Below are positions 49,251-56,675 of a stretch of DNA of 64,000 nucleotides, piece after piece. The DNA is from a phage: assembly GCA_018865545.1 (NCBI GenBank), contig GCA_018865545.1_3633.1; one strand, written 5' to 3'. The position numbers and the translations under genes are program-made. The notes beneath the pieces are model-generated. The model saw nothing but the letters and a program-made list of their open reading frames with translations, was not told the origin of the DNA and ran no database searches. Numbering within the stretch: position 1 is the stretch's first letter; every line of letters starts with the position of its first letter.

Positions 49251-49572
49251 CTATTCTTTTAATGGTTGCGGAAATGAAGGAAAATGAAAGTGGTTTAGGC
49301 TTTCTTTTCTCATCCTTGCCATCCCAATACTTTTCAATTAATTCTTGCTCTGATTCACCCCAGATAAACTCCCCGTCACGTCTTATAAACCATCTAATCA
49401 CCCCGTCACGTTCAGGTATAGGATACCCCTCATCGTCTAAATACCAAGAAATCAACTCCTTAATCTTATGATCTGGATCAGGGTTACAAGAGATAACCAT
49501 CCTACTCGGGTATTTAGAGTTTGAACGTAGACGAGATATCAGATAATCTATCTGTGACCATGTGAATTGTGT
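49189..49572 (-). CDS. terL: Terminase large subunit, middle exon (ATPase domain C-terminal part); 3' limit is the ORF stop, real 5' splice site lies somewhere upstream of it
   Basis: Reading frame opens at 49572 after intron terminal G (49573): TQFTWSQIDYLISRLRSNSKYPSRMVISCNPDP, the post-Walker B R-x-R and (S/T)xNP region of large terminases. Confidence 0.5.
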   Translation of the reverse strand, partial: TQFTWSQIDYLISRLRSNSKYPSRMVISCNPDPDHKIKELISWYLDDEGYPIPERDGVIRWFIRRDGEFIWGESEQELIEKYWDGKDEKRKPKPLSFSFISATIKRIVASCSNACRITSLIAGKPFV

Positions 49573-49922
49573 CGTTTTTGTTCAGATAAGATCGCTACTC
49601 TTATCCCGCACCACTACGTGCTGCTGCATGTCACCATGCAGATCAGACTATATCTTGTGTGTTATTACACACCCCCCCTGTTTCGGCGGTTGATAATCAA
49701 CCGGAGGTTTCCCTCACCGCTTGGCCCTAACGCCCGTAAGCGATAGTCGTTGAACGTTCATCCCGTAGGGATGCTTCGCTGCGGATTGTCTAAACATTCA
49801 CACTGTTACTATACTCAACGTCATTACCGTTGACCATAAATATGTTACCATACCTACTTAGTGGTGATATGTATAAAGAGTTACCCGTCAATTAAAGGGG
49901 TTTATAGAGAGCACACTGTTCT
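49573..49922 (-). mobile_element. ORF-less group I intron in terminase gene
   Basis: Minus-strand P AAUUGACGGGUAAC (revcomp of 49880-49893), Q AAUCCGCAGCGAAG (49774-49787), R GUUCAACGACUAUCG (49741-49756), S AAGAUAUAGUCUGAUCUG (49636-49650); preceding exon ends in U, intron ends in G. Confidence 0.5.
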
Positions 49923-49955
49923 ACCCTCATCGAAACCTATAAAGGTATATTGCAA
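49923..49955 (-). CDS. terL: Terminase large subunit mini-exon (Walker B region), inferred
   Basis: Minus-strand frame LQYTFIGFDEG, hydrophobic run plus DE = Walker B-like, in frame with exon starting 49572 to give ...FIGFDEG-TQFTWSQIDYL...; bounded by intron-like sequence on both sides. Confidence 0.4.
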
Positions 49956-50194
49956 CTTATTGTCCCCTCAGTTCGCTACACTGAGGCGGTGTGCTAAAAC
50001 ACCCGCCACATGTTTCCATGTGGAACAGACTATATCTTCCATCCTTGGCGTGCCGTTTGGATCACCAATCGCTTGTGATTCTACTCTCCTACACTCATCG
50101 GAGATAGTCGTTACACCCAGAGTTTATATTTCCATATTCTGTGGCACGGTATTTTCCCATAGGGAGTTCCACCGTTATAGGCACGAAGGGCAAG
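49956..50194 (-). mobile_element. Group I intron-like element (3' core only recognisable) between terminase exon 1 and mini-exon; 5' boundary unresolved
   Basis: R (50095-50110) and S (50025-50040) elements; 85 bp at 49956-50040 nearly identical to the 3' end of the tape-measure intron (30772-30856); no P/Q recognised. Confidence 0.4.
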
Positions 50195-51277
50195 CTATTC
50201 ACCCTGATGATCTAATTTGTTATTCTCATACTCCATGTGTCTCCACAACACCTTTGCCCCAGATGGGAAAATTGCTTCCAGAGCTTTCTCCCTGAACTTC
50301 GGCTTCCATTCCTTATCGAGTTGCAAATAAATACTTTTCGCTGTATCAAAAAGTCCACCTGCACCTGTCAATTGAGGTGTTGTCCTACGAAACATTATAC
50401 ATGCTGTCTGCGGGTCATCGACATAAGCAAGCGGCATCAATTGTAGGAGATATGATTTTCCACTATTCCCAGTGACAACCACACAATCTTCCAGTCTGGT
50501 AACAAAGAAACCTGTTTGTGTTACAAAGCAGTATTTAAACCCATCCGTAGGTATAAACTCTTTAAGCTCAACTTTCTCTTTATCGTTTAATGCTCTTAAT
50601 GACCCGCCATTAACGTTTACATTAACAATGTACTCTGAGCCAATCTTCTTCAAAGAAGATTCACAATCGAAGCAGGAAACAACAAACTGGATAAAATCAG
50701 CAGTGGATTTGTTACTGGAAGAATACATACCACCTTGTGCTATAATGGCATCCATGATTACATCAAGTTGATGCCTTGAGCAGTTATAATAGTCCTCTGT
50801 TATCTCACCACACAACACTCGCTCTCTGATTGTTTCATCATCCAAATCCAAACCTGCACCAGAATAATTGAATGTTGTGATAAATTTTCCTTCCCAACCA
50901 CCGCTAGAATTTTTATGTGTCTCCGCAATTTCCGAAAATAATTGCGTTTTTGGTGGGGTATGGTAATCTTCTTTAAACAGGACAGTGTGTTCGTCAGATA
51001 GCTCTTGACAAATGCCATTACCTTCTATTCTTGTAAGTTTTTCGCAAGGGAGTTTAACAAACTCTAAAGGAGGGATAAATTTAGCCTCCCCAGTGGCTTT
51101 ATCATATTGCAGAATGTCCTGCCCTGACCATTCTGATATCTTAATCCAGCCAGATGGTGTCAACACCTCGTGGTCTTTAGACAAACACCCGGCGGCCCCG
51201 CCAATTATTAGAATTTGGGCTTTACTCTCCAAAATCATTTTTTGTTTAGGACTGGCAGGTCCAAATACTTTACTCAA
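50195..51277 (-). CDS. terL: Terminase large subunit, exon 1 (ATPase N-terminus) containing an intein in the Walker A motif
   Basis: 360 aa ORF; N-extein ...ILIIGGAAG, C-extein SGKSYLLQ... join to GGAAGSGKS Walker A; 3' end of ORF probably runs into intron. Confidence 0.7.
   Translation of the reverse strand: MSKVFGPASPKQKMILESKAQILIIGGAAGCLSKDHEVLTPSGWIKISEWSGQDILQYDKATGEAKFIPPLEFVKLPCEKLTRIEGNGICQELSDEHTVLFKEDYHTPPKTQLFSEIAETHKNSSGGWEGKFITTFNYSGAGLDLDDETIRERVLCGEITEDYYNCSRHQLDVIMDAIIAQGGMYSSSNKSTADFIQFVVSCFDCESSLKKIGSEYIVNVNVNGGSLRALNDKEKVELKEFIPTDGFKYCFVTQTGFFVTRLEDCVVVTGNSGKSYLLQLMPLAYVDDPQTACIMFRRTTPQLTGAGGLFDTAKSIYLQLDKEWKPKFREKALEAIFPSGAKVLWRHMEYENNKLDHQGE
50465..51187 (-). other. Intein (about 241 aa) inserted in terminase Walker A P-loop
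   Basis: Starts with Cys (CLSKDHEVLTPSGWIKI, block A-like), ends ...VVVTGN followed by Ser; host Walker A is complete only after excision. Confidence 0.6.
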
Positions 51278-51372
51278 AAGACCTCCATATTTTCTATTCC
51301 TACCATAGAAGGTAGTTTACCACGAATAACGATAAAAATAAAGCCCTTATCATTAAATAAGGGCATTGTCAA

Positions 51373-51666
51373 CTACTTATCTGAAGAAAATATTGTCTTC
51401 ACATACTGCTGTAACGTTCTTAATTTCATACGATCTTCAGCAGCCTTAATGTTGTTTTTCTTAATCACCTCGATAGCATCTGCATTACTAAGACCACCTG
51501 GCAATTTTTCAGGTTCTTTCGGTGGTATCATAGCCTCAGCGGGTGGTCTTGCTAAGATATCGCTTATTATGATCTCTTTTGCAACAGGAACAACTCTCTC
51601 AGGTGGTGAAGTGCACCCTGTTAACATAAACAATAGAAGAGGAACCATGATAACATACTTTTTCAT
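51373..51666 (-). CDS. o-spanin (outer-membrane lipoprotein, Rz1-like)
   Basis: 97 aa; signal peptide with lipobox LTGC, Pro-rich mature region; 4 nt overlap with upstream i-spanin-like gene. Confidence 0.55.
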   Translation of the reverse strand: MKKYVIMVPLLLFMLTGCTSPPERVVPVAKEIIISDILARPPAEAMIPPKEPEKLPGGLSNADAIEVIKKNNIKAAEDRMKLRTLQQYVKTIFSSDK

Positions 51667-52064
51667 TTAGACCCCAAACTGTCGTTATAGATATCAACAA
51701 ACTGGTTATCGAGGCAAACCTGTTTTCCTGCTTGTGTTTTGCTATAACTTTTAACCTTTTTATCAAGGTCTTCTTTCAGTTGGTTATTAATTTCTCTCTC
51801 TTTCACCAACATGGTTGACAACTCATCGATCTTATCCTGCTGTTGTTTTTTAAAAGCGTTATTACGATCCAGAACTTGCTGGTTAACCCTCTCCCATTTA
51901 AGATCCGTGTCGCTGACACCTGCGTTGTAGGACGATGTTAACTGGTCATTATACCAATGTTTTATCCCCAAGATACCACAGACGAGAACCACACAACACA
52001 AAACAACACCTATCTGTTTTATGTTCTTAGAAAAGAAAGTTAACAGCGTTTTAAACCATATCAT
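51663..52064 (-). CDS. i-spanin (Rz-like, N-terminal TM + periplasmic coiled coil)
   Basis: 133 aa; hydrophobic IGVVLCCVVLVCGILGI then charged coiled-coil region; paired with downstream lipoprotein. Confidence 0.5.
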   Translation of the reverse strand: MIWFKTLLTFFSKNIKQIGVVLCCVVLVCGILGIKHWYNDQLTSSYNAGVSDTDLKWERVNQQVLDRNNAFKKQQQDKIDELSTMLVKEREINNQLKEDLDKKVKSYSKTQAGKQVCLDNQFVDIYNDSLGSK

Positions 52065-53479
52065 GATATATCCCCATCACACTCAATAATGTTTTCAATT
52101 TTCAGTGTTGTTTTTCTGTTTTCAGAAATACACAAATCATTAAAATAACCTATATCGTATTGGATCTTTGACGTATCGCTTACAGAAACCTCTAACAGAA
52201 CTGCACCGGGCTTATACATTGTAAACCCATAATCATCTGTCTCCCCGTTCTCACACAGAATTTTGTACTCTCCTCTTGCCTCCGTTTCATCAACATAAAG
52301 TCTGAGAGTTGGAAAATTATTTGCTATATCTTCTTTGTGAAGCCCAATATGATGTGTATCTTTTGTTGGCATCATGAGATAGAAAACTTCAGCAGGACAA
52401 ACTCCATATAGTTTTGTAAAGTATTTCCTGCCTGTTGCTTTTCTTAATCTTTGGAAAATACTGAACATATTAACTTTAGATACATCATTAAACGGCAACG
52501 GTTGCACAGGGGTAACATTTTTGTCTATCTGCTGGCAACCAGATTCTAATCTGTCCAAGCACTCAACCAAAGAATCAAGGGAAAACTGTTTCGTATCATC
52601 AAAGATATCAGACAGTTTCATTCCGTACATTCCACTAAGATGTGACTTTGCCGATTCCCAACTTTCTATCTGAAGACTAGCAATGGTCATAGCTAGTTTC
52701 ATTGTCTCTTTTTTCGAAATTGTATATCCACGAGATTTGTATTTTTCAGATCTCAAAAGTGACATAATCGGGTATTCAGTCTTATGATTTACAACTAAGA
52801 CCCTTTGAGCAATATGTTTTAAGAAGTTGCTATCAAATTCCCACACACCATCCTTGAAGTTAAAAGCACCCATGTTGATTGTAAAATCAATTTTACTAAA
52901 GATGTCTTCTGTTGTTTTGAATACATCCACAGCAACACACTGTAATACAGGGTCTTTCCCAAAGTACAGCATCACACTCTTATCGGTTACACCAACTCTG
53001 GTAAGGTTTGGAAGATCTTCATCTTCAAAATGAAGATTTTTACATCTTGACAAAGGATCTGTGAAACCTAAATGAGAACCCTGCCCATTATCAAGGTTAT
53101 AAAAATACCTAAAAGTTCTTTTTTGATTTCCCCATCCGTTTGTCTGTGCGGCTAAATCATACTTTCCACCTAAGAGATTTTTATCCATCATGTACGCAAT
53201 GAATATCTCAAGGCTTTCCCAAGATGGGAAATACAAATCAAGATCGTTGACTTTACTATTAGAGAACAAAGAGGTTATTGCCCCGCCAGCTATCTTAACA
53301 TCCAGCTTCGACAATAAATCATAAACACCTTTTGGTATAAAAGAGCACAAAATGTCGTACTCTCTTTGAAAATCTTCTTTTTTGAAAACATGCAACATCT
53401 TAGCTATCCTTGAGTACAAAACAAGATGCGTAAAGACTAGCACATAAAGAAAAACCCCGCAAGAGGCGGGGTTAGGCAT
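52061..53479 (-). CDS. Predicted nucleotidyltransferase-fold protein (pol-beta superfamily-like), function unknown
   Basis: 472 aa; GGAITSLFSNSKVNDLDLYF fits the G[GS]-x(9-13)-DxD signature; likely real start at internal Met (MLHVF...); lies between spanins and tRNA cluster. Confidence 0.4.
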   Translation of the reverse strand: MPNPASCGVFLYVLVFTHLVLYSRIAKMLHVFKKEDFQREYDILCSFIPKGVYDLLSKLDVKIAGGAITSLFSNSKVNDLDLYFPSWESLEIFIAYMMDKNLLGGKYDLAAQTNGWGNQKRTFRYFYNLDNGQGSHLGFTDPLSRCKNLHFEDEDLPNLTRVGVTDKSVMLYFGKDPVLQCVAVDVFKTTEDIFSKIDFTINMGAFNFKDGVWEFDSNFLKHIAQRVLVVNHKTEYPIMSLLRSEKYKSRGYTISKKETMKLAMTIASLQIESWESAKSHLSGMYGMKLSDIFDDTKQFSLDSLVECLDRLESGCQQIDKNVTPVQPLPFNDVSKVNMFSIFQRLRKATGRKYFTKLYGVCPAEVFYLMMPTKDTHHIGLHKEDIANNFPTLRLYVDETEARGEYKILCENGETDDYGFTMYKPGAVLLEVSVSDTSKIQYDIGYFNDLCISENRKTTLKIENIIECDGDIS

Positions 53480-53609
53480 AGGAGAGGAGATTGATTGGAT
53501 TATTATTATTATAGTTATTAGAGAAAAGTGGCGAAGGAACCTTTACATGTCGAGAGTGTCTTACCGTTTACTCAGCCACGACCTTCCTTAGTGTCCACTT
53601 TAATTCTAG

Positions 53610-53682
53610 TTGCGAGTATTGGAATCGAACCAATCTGGACTGGCTTATGAGACCAGCGAAGTCACCAGACTTCAAACTCGCA
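53610..53682 (-). tRNA. tRNA-Met (anticodon CAU; could also be Ile-lysidine type)
   Basis: Manual fold: acceptor TGCGAGT/ACTCGCA, D stem GAAG/CTTC, anticodon stem CTGGT/GCCAG, loop CTCATAA, T arm ATTGG-TTCGATT-CCAAT. Confidence 0.75.
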
Positions 53683-53686
53683 ATGT

Positions 53687-53917
53687 TCATTTATTACCAA
53701 GAGAAATCCTTCTAGGTGGATGACCAAAATGGATCTCATAAGTGCCATCAAGTCTTCCTTTCTTTGTCCGACAATATTTATCTACTTTCTTGTAGTTCTT
53801 CACTTCTTGAGTAGTATACCTAGAATCGGCAATAAGTAGAATAAGAGGCCACCCAGCACAAAATTTTCTAACTGTCTCTATTTTTTGGATATATGCACTC
53901 TTCAATTTTCTTCGCAT
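53687..53917 (-). CDS. Hypothetical small protein within tRNA cluster
   Basis: 76 aa ORF between tRNA genes. Confidence 0.3.
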   Translation of the reverse strand: MRRKLKSAYIQKIETVRKFCAGWPLILLIADSRYTTQEVKNYKKVDKYCRTKKGRLDGTYEIHFGHPPRRISLGNK

Positions 53918-53935
53918 GATCTATTTCCTGTTTGG

Positions 53936-54008
53936 TGTGACGGACAGGGTTCGAACCTGTGACCACCTAGTCTTCAGCAAGGCACTCTACCAACTGAGTT
54001 ACCGTCAC
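53936..54008 (-). tRNA. tRNA-Phe (GAA)
   Basis: Acceptor GTGACGG/CCGTCAC, D arm ACTC-AGTTGGTA-GAGT, anticodon loop CTGAAGA, T arm ACAGG-TTCGAAC-CCTGT; CCA encoded. Confidence 0.8.
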
Positions 54009-54016
54009 ATGATTGG

Positions 54017-54090
54017 TAGGCGATGAGGGACTCGAACCCCCAAAATTCAGGTTCTAAGCCTGACATGTATACCAATTCCATCAATCGCCC
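54017..54090 (-). tRNA. tRNA with anticodon UAG (Leu by anticodon) but short variable arm, atypical
   Basis: Acceptor GGGCGAT/ATCGCCT (G1-U72), anticodon stem TCAGG/CCTGA, loop CTTAGAA, 5 nt variable region, T arm GGGGG-TTCGAGT-CCCTC; CCA encoded. Confidence 0.5.
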
Positions 54091-54104
54091 ATTTATATCA
54101 ACAG

Positions 54105-54296
54105 TTATGGTTTTCCACGATACACAGAAATAGTTTTCCCATTGGCATTGATAACATAAGCTGTCTGATCCTCAGACAAAAACACTTTTTGGTCAATACC
54201 TGAAATAGCTATAGACTTTTGATGAGCACAATACCCAACAATTTTCCCACAAAAAATTTGTTCATCATTTGGAGATACGACTTTAACTGTTAACAT
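54105..54296 (-). CDS. Hypothetical small protein within tRNA cluster
   Basis: Start moved to internal ATG 54296 because the annotated N-terminus overlaps tRNA-Pro. Confidence 0.3.
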   Translation of the reverse strand: MLTVKVVSPNDEQIFCGKIVGYCAHQKSIAISGIDQKVFLSEDQTAYVINANGKTISVYRGKP

Positions 54297-54341
54297 GGTA
54301 TCCTCTGTACATTTCTGCTTTGATATGTATATGTTTGTTGG

Positions 54342-54416
54342 TCTGTCCGGTTGGATTTGAACCAACGACCTGATCATCCCAAGTGACCCGCGCTACCCAA
54401 GCTGCGCTACGGACAG
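54342..54416 (-). tRNA. tRNA-Pro (UGG)
   Basis: Acceptor CTGTCCG/CGGACAG, D arm GCGC-AGCTTGGGTA-GCGC, anticodon stem GGTCA/TGATC, loop CTTGGGA, T arm GTTGG-TTCAAAT-CCAAC; CCA encoded. Confidence 0.8.
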
Positions 54417-54503
54417 AGAAATGTAGATTTTAATTGTCCCAGAATCTACTAACTGGTATCGCTGGCTAGGTGATATCTGTGACTTGATTAAGTCAAGAAT
54501 TGG

Positions 54504-54591
54504 CGGTTCCTGAAGGATTCGAACCTTCGGTGGGGAGATTCCTCCCAACGGCTTAACAGGCCGTCACCATCGACCACTCGGTCAAAGAACC
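54504..54591 (-). tRNA. Type II (long variable arm) tRNA with anticodon GUU (Asn by anticodon), atypical
   Basis: Acceptor GGTTCTT/AGGAACC, 3 bp D stem with GAGTGGTCGA loop, anticodon stem ACGGC/GCCGT, loop CTGTTAA, variable hairpin GGGAG-GAAT-CTCCC, T arm GAAGG-TTCGAAT-CCTTC, discriminator G, CCA encoded. Confidence 0.5.
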
Positions 54592-54603
54592 AGAATATTT
54601 TGG

Positions 54604-54677
54604 TGGATCTGGTTAGATTCGAACTAACAATCCCTCGATTAAAAGTCGAGTGCCTTAAACCATTTGGCTACAGATCC
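54604..54677 (-). tRNA. tRNA-Lys (UUU)
   Basis: Acceptor GGATCTG/CAGATCC, anticodon stem CTCGA/TCGAG, loop CTTTTAA, T arm GTTAG-TTCGAAT-CTAAC; CCA encoded. Confidence 0.75.
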
Positions 54678-54907
54678 TTTAAATTATCTTTAAAATAGCT
54701 AATTACTCGCACATAATTAGCTATACGCAACAGCCCTCTAGGGAGGGCACACTAATGATAGATTACGATTACATGACCATCATGAGTGTTTGACTTACGC
54801 CAGTAAAGAGCGGACTGCTCTGGGGTATCGGTAAAGTGGTTACCGCCACTTGCCGAAGATTTACTCTGCTAAAGTAAGAATAACAAGCTACATTAAAGAT
54901 AACTTGG

Positions 54908-54993
54908 AGGAGGCTGACAGAATCGAACTGTCACCATATCTCTACAGCGGGACTGGGTTCAAACCAGCTTGTGCACCATGCACCCCAGCCTCC
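54908..54993 (-). tRNA. tRNA-Ser (UGA), type II, atypical D arm
   Basis: Acceptor GGAGGCT/AGCCTCC, anticodon stem GCTGG/CCAGT, loop TTTGAAC, long variable region, T arm GACAG-TTCGATT-CTGTC; D region forms a tight GTGCA/TGCAC hairpin; CCA encoded. Confidence 0.55.
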
Positions 54994-55074
54994 AAAAATT
55001 GCCTCTGCCGAGAATATACACCCAACAAAGACGGCGCTCAGGTCCGAAGAAATCTGAGCCTTGACATACAGTGG

Positions 55075-55165
55075 AGGAAGATGCCAGACTTGAACTGGCA
55101 CACCCATTTCTGGGTTACTATCTCCTTAGCAGGGAGACCCCTTACCAAATTAGGGTTAATCTTCC
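55075..55165 (-). tRNA. tRNA-Ser (GCU), type II
   Basis: Acceptor GGAAGAT/ATCTTCC, anticodon stem TCTCC/GGAGA, loop CTGCTAA, long variable arm, T arm GCCAG-TTCAAGT-CTGGC; CCA encoded. Confidence 0.65.
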
Positions 55166-55189
55166 AATACCTTAGTAATTAAAAACTGG

Positions 55190-55276
55190 CGGAGAAGGAG
55201 AGAATCGAACTCTCAAGCCGTTTTACCAGTCAGCACATTTCCAATGTGTTTTCGTCGCCAATCGATTTGCTTCTCC
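55190..55276 (-). tRNA. tRNA-Ser (GGA)-like, type II, tentative
   Basis: Acceptor GGAGAAG/CTTCTCC, T arm GAGAG-TTCGATT-CTCTC, candidate anticodon loop TTGGAAA with imperfect stem; CCA encoded; D arm not well resolved. Confidence 0.45.
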
Positions 55277-55288
55277 GTTTTAACTTGG

Positions 55289-55361
55289 CAGGGGATGGTT
55301 GATTCGAACAACCGATCACGGGGTCAAAGCCCGTTGCATTAGGCCACTATGCTAATCCCCT
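55289..55361 (-). tRNA. tRNA-Gln (UUG)
   Basis: Acceptor AGGGGAT/ATCCCCT, D arm GCAT-AGTGGCCTA-ATGC, anticodon stem ACGGG/CCCGT, loop CTTTGAC, T arm GGTTG-TTCGAAT-CAACC; CCA encoded. Confidence 0.8.
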
Positions 55362-55365
55362 TTTG

Positions 55366-55444
55366 CACGAGAGTGAGGAATCGAACCTCTTAGTCACTGG
55401 TTTTGGAGGCCAGCCTTCACCCAGTGAAGTTACGCTACTCTCAT
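55366..55444 (-). ncRNA. tRNA-like sequence, unassigned
   Basis: Acceptor-like pairing ATGAGAG/CTCTCGT and T arm GAGG-TTCGATT-CCTC, but central region forms a long CACTGG/CCAGTG helix instead of canonical D and anticodon arms. Confidence 0.3.
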
Positions 55445-55450
55445 TAAAAA

Positions 55451-56008
55451 CTATTTTCGGAAAGGACTTATGAAAAATGCCAACATCACTCTCTCTCTTG
55501 AAAAAGCTCTGTCTTCAGGAACCACACTCTTCAGTTTCCAACCGACATAAATTCGCCAGTAAAATTGTTTTCCAAACAATCTAAAAGACGGGACAAACGC
55601 GAATACACCCCACGCATTGTCATTCCACATCAACAAATAGCCTTGTTGATTATCCTCCACATCAGAGCTTACATGGATGTTTCCTTTCCACTTTGTCACA
55701 GATGTGATTTCACGTCCAAGTGCGTGATAGGAGAAATTGTAGGCTTTATTTCTCCACAACCAAGCAACTCGTTGCAGATAAACACCAAAACTCCCTATCT
55801 TACGAACTTCTGCCCATCTCTCTATGTGTCCTTTATCACCATCTATAGGATTATCATATGTTTCCATCCACCTGAAAATATAAGGTAGATGCCCTGTCTT
55901 CTCATTATAGAACGGAACAACAAAAGGAGCCAGAATAACACAGAGAACCGACATAACTGGGTCAAGAGGTGCTAACAGAATCCACGATAAATATTTCAAG
56001 TATCTCAT
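55451..56008 (-). CDS. Hypothetical membrane protein
   Basis: 185 aa; N-terminal hydrophobic helices (LSWILLAPLDPVMSVLCVILAPFVVPF); Trp-rich. Confidence 0.45.
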   Translation of the reverse strand: MRYLKYLSWILLAPLDPVMSVLCVILAPFVVPFYNEKTGHLPYIFRWMETYDNPIDGDKGHIERWAEVRKIGSFGVYLQRVAWLWRNKAYNFSYHALGREITSVTKWKGNIHVSSDVEDNQQGYLLMWNDNAWGVFAFVPSFRLFGKQFYWRIYVGWKLKSVVPEDRAFSRERVMLAFFISPFRK

Positions 56009-56235
56009 GCAGGATCAAGCCTAGATATAATGTACTGGTTTAAATCTGAATATGGGAAGATACTTTCAAAGATAACCTGTTTAAATCTGAAACCGCACAA
56101 ACCGAAAAGTACCTTCTGACACTCCCCAAAAGAACAATCTTTACCAACTTTTATCACAACCGTATCGGCAACCTGCACACTTTCTATCTCTTTAGGTTCA
56201 TGATGCCGTACTATGATTACTTTAGAAACCATCAT
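56005..56235 (-). CDS. Hypothetical protein
   Basis: 76 aa ORF overlapping downstream gene start by 4 nt. Confidence 0.4.
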   Translation of the reverse strand: MMVSKVIIVRHHEPKEIESVQVADTVVIKVGKDCSFGECQKVLFGLCGFRFKQVIFESIFPYSDLNQYIISRLDPA

Positions 56236-56363
56236 ACTCGTCCGTATTAAAGCCTTCTACTATAGATAGTAGATGTCTAGGGTTGGACCGCAAACTCAAC
56301 CCCATGGAATTTGTTACGGTCTTCAGTTGACCCAAGCGGATTTCATTGACATCTTTTAACTGG

Positions 56364-56435
56364 AGCATCCAGAGGGTATCGAACCCTCGACTACAGCTTG
56401 GAAGGCTGTAGTTTTCCCAATTAAACTATGGATGC
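56364..56435 (-). tRNA. tRNA-Gly (UCC)
   Basis: Acceptor GCATCCA/TGGATGC, D stem GTTT/AAAC, anticodon stem ACAGC/GCTGT, loop CTTCCAA, T arm GAGGG-TTCGATA-CCCTC, discriminator U as expected for Gly; CCA encoded. Confidence 0.8.
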
Positions 56436-56443
56436 ATATTTGG

Positions 56444-56516
56444 TGGGAGTGGTAGGCTCTGCCCCTACGTCCTCTCGATTATCGGTCGAGCGATCTACTA
56501 ACTGATCTACACTCCC
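56444..56516 (-). tRNA. tRNA-Ile (GAU) with unusual T loop
   Basis: Acceptor GGGAGTG/CACTCCC, D arm GATC-AGTTAGTA-GATC, anticodon stem CTCGA/TCGAG, loop CCGATAA, T stem GTAGG/CCTAC but loop GGCAGAG lacks TTC; CCA encoded. Confidence 0.6.
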
Positions 56517-56587
56517 AAACTGTACTGACCCAACAACCACGATTGGAGGGTATCGTCACACATCAAAGCCAGTACAGATTCAGTTGG

Positions 56588-56674
56588 TGTGCCGTGATAG
56601 AGTCGAACTACCCGAGTCCCTTTCGAGACAGGAGATTTACAGTCTCCCCCGCTACCCCTACGGTCTAACGACAC
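56588..56674 (-). tRNA. tRNA-Tyr (GUA), type II
   Basis: Acceptor GTGTCGT/ACGGCAC, anticodon stem GGAGA/TCTCC, loop CTGTAAA, long variable arm, T arm GGTAG-TTCGACT-CTATC; CCA encoded. Confidence 0.65.
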
Positions 56675-56675
56675 A

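Noticed and set aside
49861-50295. Plus-strand 144 aa ORF opposite the terminase locus
   Set aside because: Runs antisense across intron repeats and the terminase exon; no RBS; explained by intron sequence conservation.
54017-54090. Interpretation of the UAG-anticodon tRNA as an amber suppressor
   Set aside because: Anticodon 5'-UAG-3' pairs with codon CUA (Leu), not with the UAG stop codon; an amber suppressor would need anticodon CUA.
54850-55182. Plus-strand 110 aa ORF in tRNA cluster (also 57216-57413 and 57535-57717)
   Set aside because: Overlaps three to four tRNA genes on the other strand; the open frame is a by-product of tRNA sequence.
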